Shown here piece after piece: positions 37,801 to 49,497 of a DNA stretch of 64,000 nucleotides. The notes beneath the pieces are model-generated. The model made no database searches and was not told the origin of the DNA. It was given only the letters and a program-made list of their open reading frames with translations. Positions within the stretch are counted from its first letter, which is position 1, and every line of letters begins with the position of its first letter. The position numbers were made by a program, and so were the translations under genes. The DNA comes from Geosiphon pyriformis uo1 (Eukaryota; Fungi; Glomeromycota), in assembly GCA_016748015.1 (NCBI GenBank), contig JAAOMT010000303.1:62001-126000 (forward strand), written 5' to 3'.

Positions 37801-39085
37801 AATGTTTTTTCAATCAAGGAAGAAGATATCAGGAAAAAAGAAAAGCAATATTGGCAAGTGCATTAGCATGTACATTACCCAAAACACTTAAATGACTCTT
37901 TACTTTGTGTTAGCTAACATCTAAATTCTTTTTCTGAACAATAGTTGTAATGTGCCAATGCTTAACCTAACAACAATTCCTAAAATCTGAATATACCAGA
38001 CTTAATTTTGATTTACATATATCCAAAGCAACTTGACTGTCTGTAAAAAAGTAAACTAAACTATGAAATAGAACACATTCAAGAGCCAACACTATAGCCT
38101 GCAATTCTGCCAAAATAGAAAACATCAAACCAAAAACCTTGACACCCAAACCCAAGTTAATGTCTTCAAAAAAAACTACTGTATCAGCCTTTATGCTAAA
38201 TTTTCCCAAGTCCTTTAAAGATCCATCTGTATAGACAGAAATACTACCTGTATCAACATCTAACAAACAATTGCAAACCATTTCAAATTCATAAAACTTA
38301 AGAATATTTAAGAGCCCAAGAACACCCAAAGAAGAGAAACACATAGAAGAAAAAGCCACATTACCAAAAAAATTAACAAAAAGCTTAAACTAGTTAGGAG
38401 TTAAACCACATAAGTCCAACCTCTTCCAATGCTTAAAAGTTCTCCAATTAAAAATAGCTCCATTTTTACCATAAAACTGGTCCACAAAAGCAATGCCATA
38501 TCACCAAAATGAAAGGAAAAACTCAAAAAATTTGAACTTATCAAAAATGGTTAACATGAAGGTTTCACCATAGAAACAAAAAAAATTGTTCATATGACCA
38601 CTCAGGGACAAATTGTATTTAAAAAAATACAAATTATATCTGCCAAAAAATTATTAGAAATACTGACCCTAATATAAGCAGAAGACACCAAAGGGTAAAA
38701 CAGACACCAAGACAAAACTTGCAAGTCATGAGACTTGTATAAAAACAAACAACCCAAAATTCCAATAGAGTTTGCAAAATACATAACAGAAGCAATTTTG
38801 TTTTCAGCTTGAACTTGCTCAAAAGTCTTTAAACCATACAGCAAAAGATAGTAAAGTGTGTCATTAAGAAAATTGAGAAACAAACTGGACTTTAACTTCA
38901 AGTTCTTATGAATCAAAACATCTTACTTATTATATACACCAGTAAGAACAAAGTTAAATTGCATTCTGTAGCTTACTATAGAATAAAGAACTGCTAACAC
39001 CAAATACAAAAACTGCTTATCAGAAACAGCCTTCCTTAGAATAAAGTTGGCAAAAAACCAGACATCTGAATGTGCCTTAGCTAAG

Positions 39086-39943
39086 TATTACTCATAGAAT
39101 ATAGGAAATATATTAGCATATAAATTAGCCAATCAGAAGTAGTTATAGTAAATGTGAAATTCCAGGATTCCTCTCAAGAGGAATTGCAGGATTCCAGGAA
39201 TTTCAGAATTCTCATACAAAGGAATCACAGAATTCTAGAATTTCAGGATTTCTTTCAAAAAAAATTGCAGGATTTCAGAAATTCCAGGATTTCTGGTGTG
39301 AAGAATTGAGGAATTGAGAAATCTCAATTATGTATATATAGCAGTAGCATTAGAAGTAAAAAAAACAAATCTTCCAGTTTAGATTCAATCTAAACAATCT
39401 TTTATATCACAAATATCAATAAATAATTATTCCATACCTTCAATCCACTTTCCACTATCAACACTTTATGTTAATAACAATTGATACTTAACCACATTAG
39501 AACAATAGCTCTTGATTATAGCTATTGATGGAATACTAACTTGCAAGTGCCTTGGCTTAATTTTTTTTATCTTCTCTTTATTTTTTTTATTTTTCTTTTC
39601 TTTGTTTTGTTGTGTTTACTAATTAATTAAAGATTAAGCACTGAATTATTGACGTCAAAAATTGCTTGGTAAAAGACCTCTGTGAATAAGTAGAACACAT
39701 AAAAAATTACAAATTACTTACCAGAGGATTGCTGGGCATTAAGCTGAAGAAAAAAATTGACAGAATTGCAATTCTGAGAAGCTATGGATAAACACCTATT
39801 GAATCTCTGTCTATTATACAAAGAACTCTAACCCAAAATCTTTAGATCATCAAAACTGTCAGAAACTATTATCAAGAGATCAATTAAGCACCAAGTTATG
39901 GGTTTGTTATTTGACTTAAGATCCCAAATAATCATCTGTAACA
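39086..39943 (+). repeat. 5' LTR
   Basis: TATTAC (decayed TGTTAC)...TGTAACA; direct repeat of 48651-49497. Confidence 0.95.
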
Positions 39944-39962
39944 TTTGGTGTTCCCTGTGAGG
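39944..39962 (+). promoter_or_regulatory. Primer binding site TTTGGTGTTCCCTGTGAGG
   Basis: TGG immediately after LTR end plus 2 nt; complementary to a tRNA 3' end ...CCUCACAGGGAACACCA; decayed copies at 62401 (+) and 61082-61100 (-). Confidence 0.85.
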
Positions 39963-39963
39963 T

Positions 39964-42720
39964 ATGATTCTACAGAAAACCAGCACCAACAACAATCCTC
40001 CAAAAGTGGCAGAACCAGAAAACATAGAAGCAAACCATTTAGGATTCACTAAATCCCTGTTTTAACAGTATAGCCAACAATTAAGATTAAACAATAACCA
40101 CTTCTCAGCAGAATCAGCCTTCAACTTCTACATCAATGATAAAATTACAGACTGTTTAGGAAGAACAGTTAACATTGAATTAGCAAGAAAAAACTTTTAT
40201 AAAGAATTATTTCAACACACCAGCTTACCAAGAAACTACAGTTTCACACCAATTATCAAGGAAATCAACCAAACCATTAAAAGATACACCCAACAACAAT
40301 TCTTTATTACCTATGCAAACAAAGACAAAAGAAGATTACAAACACCAACAGTAACACCTAAAAGAATACAAGAATAGAATTATCAACAAATCCATCATAC
40401 TACTATATATCTAGAAGTGTTATTAACATCACATCAACAGATGTATCCACATCAACCATGACATCAATATTTGGATGATTCCTATTTTAGAGTAAACAAA
40501 GAAAAGAAGATCTTTTAGGACCATATGGCATGTATTTTGAAGAATTTAAGTTACAATTGTCCATGCCATTAGGATTTTGATTCCTACTACTCCAACCAGA
40601 TTTCAGAATCACAAGTTCTTGGAAAATAACAGAATTGAAAGAAAAACAGAAAGAAGAGGAAAAAGAATCTGAAGATCAAAAATCTACTTACTAGAATTCG
40701 ATCCCTAAAAACCTGGAATTTAAAACCTGAATCTTCAAAATCAACAAAATTTAAACTTGGAAAATCCGGAAATTGGAACTCCAAATATTTAAGCACTGCC
40801 AAATCAGGACAATCCAAACTCCGAGTTAATTAATCAGCAAAACTTACCTCCAGTAATTGTCATTGATCAGCCACTAGTTGAACTGATTCAACAGCAGCAA
40901 ATACTACTGCAACAGCCATTACAACAACCACTTTAACCACTACAACAACCCAACTTAGATTCAATGACATATGCACCAATTGTGAAACTTGAAAAATTTA
41001 CTGGTGAAGAAGATAATACCCAAGTATGGCTAAACAATGTGGAAAAAGCCATCACAGCCAACAGATAGAATGACAACAGAGCCATGCAAGCCATCCCATA
41101 CTTTCTCCAAGATACTACTGACTCATGATATCAAAGCTTAATCAACAAGTCTGTCACTTTTAATGCATTTAAAACAGAATTTTTAAAATACTTTAACAAC
41201 AATAATAGCATCAACTGATTAGCCAATACCTTTACCACTATTAAACAAGGAAAAGCTGAAGCTGTCACCATGTACTTAGGATGCTTCCACAGAAACTTGC
41301 ACCAAATTCAAGCAATCCAAGCTGATTATTTTACAGCACCACAAATCCTAAATCAGTTTATTAGAGGGCTGTGCAGTAGCATCCTTCAGCACATATGTCT
41401 GATGCACCCAGCAAACTTTCAAGCTGCAGTTACAAATGCCAGAGATTTTGAGGCAGCTGAACTTGAAACTAACTACACCCAAGTTATAAATCTAGTAATA
41501 AATGGATCATCAGGCTTGAATTCCAAATTAAAACAATTCAGTGATTCAATTAATCAGAAATTAGAAGGATATTTAGCTAACAATCACACAATTTATTAAC
41601 CACCACAATGATGCAATAATTTAGGAAATGCAAATCATTTCCAAAATCAGTTACATCTATCATCATCTTCCAATCAGCAGTGGCAGCTGGAAACACAAGT
41701 CTGCCACAACTGTGGTAAACAAAGTCACATTAGAGCTAACTACCATTCTTATAGTAACCCACAATCAGAAAATCAATATCAAAACCCCAATCACAAAGTT
41801 CAAATGCTGAATTATTACTCAAATTAAGATCAATATTAACTCACTTACCTGCCAATAATGCAACAGTCTATTTATTAACCACTAGTATATCAAACTCTAA
41901 TTTATCAGCTGCAGCCACAAATAATCTATTAACCACAGCCACCAGTAATCTATCAACCCCAACAAATTGAAACACCACCACAAATCATACCTCATAACAG
42001 AATTCACAGGCTGAGAATAACACAGCAAAGCTGAAGATCAGCAATGGTAGTTTATCAACTGATCCCCAGTTTATTAGCCCAACAAACAGGATCTTATTAG
42101 TGGAATTTGGAAACTGGGCACACCCAAAACCCGAATTCTCAACACTATTTAAGTCTCCTGATTATTCCAGATGATGCCATATTCAGCAACCTGGAACCCA
42201 GCCAACAGCAGTTACTTACCAACAACATTCCACCAGCAATGGTCACTGAAAATGAATTACTCACCACCATTTTTCTTTTTGAATTAGAAAAAACCATCAA
42301 CACCCTATTATTTAGTGAAACTGCTCTGGAAGAAAAACCCATTACTGTGATGTATACTAATGCCAAGGTTGATGGTCACTCTATTAAATTCATCTTGAAT
42401 AGTGGTTCAGCAGGCAGTATTATCACCAAGCAATTCATGGATCAATTAGGTTGCTAAGTTGACCAAGCTGTTAGTGCCAAAATTATCACTACTGATGGTG
42501 CTACAAAAACGTCTATTGACAAGATTGATGACTTGCCATTTGAAATCAATGGTATTATCACTCCCATCAAAGTTCTGGTAATGAAAACCACCTAATATCA
42601 AGCTCTAGTTGGTAATGACTAACTATCCAAAACCAATATGACGCTTGATTGGACCACCCAAGAGTTGCAAATAAATCAGAATGGCCAATACACATGAGTA
42701 TCAGCAACATGTGGCCACTT
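39964..42720 (+). pseudogene. Gypsy gag and aspartic protease
   Basis: Capsid-like KLEKFTGEEDNTQVWLNNVEKAI; knuckle CHNCGKQSHIRANY; protease IKFILNSGSAGSII (DSG>NSG) and ALVGND. Confidence 0.88.
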
Positions 42721-44314
42721 CAAACCTAGCAATGTCATGCCAGCACCCTTAATTGATGTCAAGAAAGAGAAGCTGAAACCAACTTGGAAAGTGTATCAAG
42801 TCTCATGGGTCAAAAAAAACCACAATGAACTGCCACCAATACTGTTGTGAGATGATAATGGCAAAGGAAAACAAAAAAAAACTTACCTGGAGTACCAACC
42901 AAATCTCGTGGGCTAACAATGACTATCAAAAGTTATCACAAACTTGAAAAGAAAATAACAAAAAAAAAAGAAAAGCAAAAGAAGAAGAAATAGTCTCAAC
43001 CAACACCACTAATCAACCATACATCTATATTACACCACCACAGTTCCACTATTATTAACCAAAGCTAAAATACATTGATTATGACAAAAAATTGTCATCA
43101 ATGGGTGCATGCTGTGGCAATAATGAGAAATACTCAACAGCAACCAAATTCTACTGCCATGCGTGCATCATAGAACACTTTGGATGACCAAAATGGCAAG
43201 AAAAATGGAACAACAAACCTTGCCTAGCTTGTGGAGAAATATTACTCGACGAAGGAATGTGGAACAACATCCCTGGTCAAGGAGGAACATGTAACACTTT
43301 ATGCTAGTACATGATTTTCATTAGTGACTGGATTAGGAAAAGGACACCAATAGAAGCTGCCTAGAGAAGAGCCATCCAGCAATTAGACAGTTGTCTATAT
43401 GACAATAATGAGATATGAAAAATGGCAATAGCCAAAATAGAAGGAGTGTTATCTAAAAAAATCAGAAAAATCAAGAACAACTCACCAGAGCCTATAGAAC
43501 TTGACTAGGACCCAAAACCAGTCATAAATCTCTTGGATCCAAAACAATTCCATAAACACTACCAAGAATTAGTGCCCACAAGAGAAGAACAAGAACAATA
43601 CTTAGAGCAGCTGAACACTCGACTGTGTTAATACTGCCTAATTCCATGTGACTTCCAGTATTGTAATGAGTGTGATCTCATCTACAATCCACTACCATGT
43701 ATGATCTACATGATCCCAGAAGAAAAAGAACCAATCAACAGCTGCAAATCAGAATTGGAATCATTGTTTAATTCCAATTCAAACTCTGACAACAATGACA
43801 ATAAAAATAATGGTTCCAGCTTCATTTAAAATAACAACAAAAAATACAATAATTCAAACTCTAATTCAAACCCCAAACAATATATTGCACTTTCTGATCT
43901 CTCCAAAGAGCAGAAACTAAAATGGTTTAGTAACAATAATAAGAGTATCATGCCAGAATGTGTACATGATACTANNNNNNNNNNNNNNNNNNNNAATACT
44001 GCCTAATTCCATGTGACTTCCAGTATTGTAATGAGTGTGATCTCATCTACAATCCACTACCATGTATGATCTACATGATCCCAGAAGAAAAAGAACCAAT
44101 CAACAGCTGCAAATCAGAATTGGAATCATTGTTTAATTCCAATTCAAACTCTGACAACAATGACAATAAAAATAATGGTTCCAGCTTCATTTAAAATAAC
44201 AACAAAAAATACAATAATTCAAACTCTAATTCAAACCCCAAACAATATATTGCACTTTCTGATCTCTCCAAAGAGCAGAAACTAAAATGGTTTAGTAACA
44301 ATAATAAGAGTATC

Positions 44315-44720
44315 ATGCCAGAATGTGTACATGATACTAATGCCAGATTTGATTTGAGATATCCAGGAAAAGATGCCATTAAATTAGAACCACATTTATG
44401 CACATGTATTAATCTCAAAGTAGTATTAGAAATCCCAGCAACAACAATGGTTCAACTAGCATCTAGGAGTAGCTTAGCAAAAAAAAGAATCAACATCAAA
44501 GGAGGAATAATTGATGCAGAATATGTAGAAACTATTATTGCAATACTACAAAATGATTCTGAAAAGACCTATATTATAGAGCCAAACAAAAAGATAACAC
44601 AAGCAATATTTCTGCCTCTGGTAAAAATAGCTCAATTAGTATTAATGGAAAACAGAAAAAAATTAGGAATTACAGCTAGAGGGATACAGGGATTTGGATC
44701 CACAGGTAGAATAAATATAC
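44315..44720 (+). pseudogene. Retroelement dUTPase domain
   Basis: All five trimeric dUTPase motifs in order: ARFDL (AGFDL), SRSSLA, GGIIDAEY, KITQAIF, RGIQGFGSTG. Confidence 0.93.
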
Positions 44721-45112
44721 TAGTTAATATAACAGAGGAAAAAATTGTTGACAAGGGAGAAATTATCTCCACCTGTCAATCAATCTCTATTTTACTATAT
44801 GACCAGTAAATGATAGTCATAGAGAAAAAAATAAAGGATCAGGTTCAAATCTTTGAGACAAAAGCAACACTTTGCAAATCAGAAGAAGTGGAATTAGTCA
44901 ATCTATACATACCAGCCAAGAATTACAGTCACATCAAAATTCTCATTTACAACAACATGGAAAACATTATCGAGATACTAAAAAGAACCACCATTGGATA
45001 TTTAACCATTGAAATTGAAAACCAAATGCCAAACACCATTCCAGATTTTTCACAACTGTGCGAATATATGGATATTACATCACAAACAATCTACAGATAA
45101 GAAGAATATTAT

Positions 45113-46540
45113 ATGCTCCAACCAGAACAATTAGAGCAAATGAACTTGGGAAATTTAGATTTACTGCAACAGATGCAACTCAAAATATTACTTAACAACT
45201 TCAATGACATCTTTGCCAGTGAAAACAAATTTGGCAGAACAGATATAATTCAGCACCAAATTAAAACTGGAGATGCAATGCTAATCAAACAAAAAGCATA
45301 CAAAATAATACCAGCCAGCCATGAAATCATTTGTCAAGAAATCAATCAAATGCTTGACAATAGGCTAATTCAGCTATTAATAAGTTCATGATTATCACCA
45401 GTAGTACTTGTCCATAAGAAGAATAGAAAAATCCACTTTTGTGTAGATTACTGGAAACTGAATAAAGTAACCAAAGGAAATAACTACCCAACTCCAAAGA
45501 TTCAAGAACTTTTCAATGCTTTTTGTAGAAAAAAATGGTTCTTAACATTAGACTTAGACAGTGGTTATTGGCAAGTAACCATAAAGCCAGAAGACAAATA
45601 AAAAATGGCTTTTACAACTCAGGAAGAAAATTTTGAATTTAAAGTAATGTCATTTGGATTGATGAATGCACCAGTAACATTTCAATGACTTATGGAAATT
45701 GTTTATACTAGACTACTGTGGAAATTCATAGTTGTTTACTTAAATGACACTAATATATTCTCCAAAACATTTGATGACCATCTACATCATCTTCAACAAG
45801 TGTTTGAAAGGTTGAAAAGAGTAGGATTGAAGTTAAATACAACCAAATGTTTCTTTGGAAAAACAAAACTCAAGTTTTTAGGACATGTTGTAAGCAAAGA
45901 TGGTATCAAAACAGATCTAGACAAGATTAAAGTAGTTAAGAACTTTCTAGTACCAACCAATTTGATGGAACTAAGAGCATTTTTGGGATTTGCTGGATAC
46001 TATCATCACTTTATCAAGAACTTTTTTAAAATAGCCTAACCATTACACCAGCTTTAATCAAAAAGCACCAAGTATAAATGGACAGAAAACCAGCAAGAAG
46101 CTTTCAACACATTAAAAAAAAAGCTCATTCAAGCTCCAGTATTGATGTATCCAGATTACAACAAACCATTCATTATTACCACTGGTGCATCAAACTAAGT
46201 GTTAGGGGCAGTACTATCACAGAAAAGACCAGATGGAAGAGAACATCCAGTAGTATATGTCAGTAGAAGCTTAAGTCCTGCTGAAAAAAACTATAGAACT
46301 CCAGCATTAGAACACTTAGCTATCTATTGGGCTGTCACTAAATAGAAAGAATATTTGAGCCAAAAGTTTGATGTTTATACTAACCACAAAGGATTGACTT
46401 CAATCCAGAAGCAAGAATTTGAAAATGATTGTTATACAAGATGGAAAATAACACTATTACCATACACATTTACAGTACATTATAAAAAGGGAAAAGACAA
46501 TGAAAATGCTGATGGATTGTCGCAAATGAGACAAATCTAA
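45113..46540 (+). pseudogene. Gypsy reverse transcriptase and RNase H
   Basis: SPVVLV.KK, FCVDY.KLN, LDLDSGYWQ, MSFGLMNAP.TFQ, VYLND (YLDD), FLGHVV, GAVLSQ, SRSLSPAEKNY, NADGLS. Confidence 0.95.
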
Positions 46541-46618
46541 AAACATTTCAAACCAAAAATATAACAAAAGATGAATATACAAAAATACTAACAACTCTAA
46601 TATTATATAAATACTCAA

Positions 46619-47850
46619 TTGTTCAAAGAGAAATTATTTCAAAAGAAACAAAACAACATAAAACAACAATCAAAATATTTTATCAACCACCAAAATATAC
46701 TTTATTGGAAAAATAAAAAAAATTCAGATCAACCAATCAGAGTAATTACAGAACCAGAAAAAAAGACAATATTATTCAACATGTATTTAGATTCAATAGC
46801 AGAACATTTTTATAAAGAAGCAACTATGGAAAGAATTAGAAAAAGATACTACTGGTCATCAATGTATCCAGACATTATCCAATATGTTCAGAACTGTAAT
46901 GCTTGTCAGAAAAAAAAAGGAGCAAGACCAAGTGAATCATTGAGACCAATTAAAGTGGAACAACCATTCAATCAAATTGGAATTGATCTAGTCGGACCAT
47001 TAATAATAACTAGCAGAGGCAACAGATATATTGCAATAGCCATGAATTATCTCACTAAATGGCCAAAAGCAAAAGCCATTCAAAGAACAGATGTAAAATC
47101 TATTGCCAAATTTGTTCATCAAGATTTGATCTGTTAACACAGATGTCCAAAAGAACTATTATTAGATCAAGGAACTCATTTTGTGAATAGAACATTGACA
47201 GAATTAAGTCAAAGATTTGAAATAAAAAGACCATTATTATCACCATACTATCTACAAACAAATAAGTTAGTTGAAAAGTTTAACAGAATATTGTGTGAAG
47301 CAATTGCCAAGATCAGTCAAAAAAACCAGGATGAATAGGATTTGTTCATACCATCAGTATTATTTGCTTATTGGACAATAAAGCAAGATACTACACAAGC
47401 AACACTATTTAAATTAGTATATGATAAAACAGCAATATTACCAGTAGAGATAGAAGTTAACACATATCTAACTGAACCAATAACAGAAGACAATTTTCGA
47501 GAAACATTGTTGAGAAAAACATATAACTTAATGGAGACACTAGAAAACAAATAGCAAAAAGCAGCTGATAACATTTGAAAGTCACAAGAGAAACAAAAAG
47601 AAAGACATAATAACCAACTACCAGATAAACCAGTTGAATTCAAGATTGAAGACAAAGTACTTTTATATTATACTAAAGCAGAAAAACAATGGAGCAGAAA
47701 ATTTGACCCCAAATGAAACAGACCATTTCACATAGAAGAAAGTCTTGGAAATAAAACTTATAAATTAAGATAGAACAACAAAATCTTAACCAAAGCAGCA
47801 CATGGTAATTAACTGAAACCATATTACCATATAGTATTACCATCCACCAG
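46619..47850 (+). pseudogene. Gypsy integrase
   Basis: Zn-finger remnant ...HF...CNACQ; GIDLVGPL; DQGTHF; LVEKFN; C-terminal RPF (GPF-like) motif. Confidence 0.93.
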
Positions 47851-47977
47851 TAATATTCCACAATTAGGAGTACAGAGAATACTAGTCCAACCAGATGAGA
47901 TTCCATGAAATCTGGAACCAATCATAATTATTAGACCAAACATGTAAAATTAAATAATAAAAAGAGTATATAAAGAC

Positions 47978-48640
47978 ATGGCAGACATGACAAAAGACTT
48001 CAAAAAAATAGAAATTACTGACAATATCCACTTACTAACACAACAACTCTTCAAACTAATCCAATACCAGAATATGGAAATTACTATCAATCAACAAACC
48101 ATTTGATACCAAGATACCAGAAAGATATCCAAATACAAAAGTCAAAGAAAAACAGAAAACACTATTGGCAAAATGGTTCTGAAAATAAAATTAGCAATAA
48201 AAAAACCAACAAATATCACCATATATCAAAAGTTAACCAAAGAAACTTGGAAATAGTGGATACACAAATTTTTAAAGAACTTTTATTACTTCTACTTGGA
48301 ATAATACTTGAATATTCAGAACTTATACATGGATAAAACAAAATGATTATTCAACACAACAATACTGCAACAACTAGAACAATTTGTGGGAAAGAACAAT
48401 TTAACTACACAAGCAAGAGCCATCTATTGGCTACATATGGGATTTCAAAACAGACCAGAAATCTTACTTAATCCAAAAATGGACTCTATTATAGTTAACC
48501 AAATAGGAAAAATAACCAACATCCAATTTGAAAAATTACAAAACAAAATAATTCAAGTAATTCTCAAAAAAAAAGTTTAAAAAATACTCAAAGGCAGAGA
48601 ATTAGAATTAGAAGATCTTGATAGAGCTCAATATTAAAAG
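47978..48640 (+). pseudogene. Extra ORF downstream of integrase (about 220 codons, unknown function)
   Basis: Single frame from ATG 47978 whose stops are mostly explicable as C>T or G>A changes; homologous to 22313-23020. Confidence 0.7.
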
Positions 48641-48650
48641 AAAAAAATAA

Positions 48651-49497
48651 TATTACTCATAGAATATAGAAAATATATTAGCATATAAATTAGCCAATCA
48701 GAAGTAGCCGTAGTAAATATGGAATTCCAAGATTCCTCTCAAGAGGAATTGCAAGATTCCAGGAATTTTAGGATTCTTGTACAAAAAAATCACAGAATTC
48801 TAAAATTCCAGAATTCCTCTCAAAAGAAATTGCAGGATTTCAGGAATTTCAGGATTTTTGGTGTGAAGAATTGAGGAATTGAGAAATCTCAATTATGTAT
48901 ATATAGCAATAGCATTAGAAGTAGAAAAGACAAACCTTCCAGTTTAGATTCAATCTAAACAATCTTCCATATCACAAATATCAATAAATAATTATTCTAT
49001 ATCTCCAATCCACTTTTCACTATTAATACTTTATGTTAATAACAATTGATACTTAACTATACTAGAACAATAGCTCTTGATCATGGCTATTGATAGAATA
49101 CTAACTTGCAAGCATCTTTTTTATCTTTTCTTTATTTCTTTTATTTTTCTTTTTTTTGTTTTATTGTGTTTACTAATTGATTAAGGATTAAGTGCTGAAT
49201 TATTGATGTCAAGGATTGCCTGGTAAAAGATTCCTGCGAGTGGGTAGAACACATAAAGAATTATGAATTATTTACCAGAGGATTGCTGGCCATTAAGCTA
49301 AAGAAAGAAATTAACAGAATTGTGATTCTGGGAAGTTATGAATAAACACCTATTAAATCTCTGTCTATTATATAAAAGACTCCAATCCAAAATTTTCAGA
49401 TCATCAAAACTGTCAGAAACTATTATTAAGAGATCAATTAAGCACCAAATTATGTGTTTGTTATTTGACTTGAGACCCCAAATAATCATCTGTAACA
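48651..49497 (+). repeat. 3' LTR, preceded by purine tract (about 48636-48650)
   Basis: Direct repeat of the 5' LTR, ends TGTAACA. Confidence 0.95.

Larger units (their letters stand above)
39086..49497 (+). mobile_element. Complete Ty3/Gypsy LTR retrotransposon carrying a dUTPase
   Basis: LTRs 39086-39943 and 48651-49497; 5-bp TSD ctaag/ccaag; PBS; PPT; domain order gag-PR-dUTPase-RT-RH-IN. Confidence 0.96.

Noticed and set aside
43630-44339. 345-bp direct duplication (43630-43974 and 43995-44339) inside the Gypsy
   Set aside because: Copies look identical despite heavy decay elsewhere and flank a 20-N gap: unmerged contig overlap
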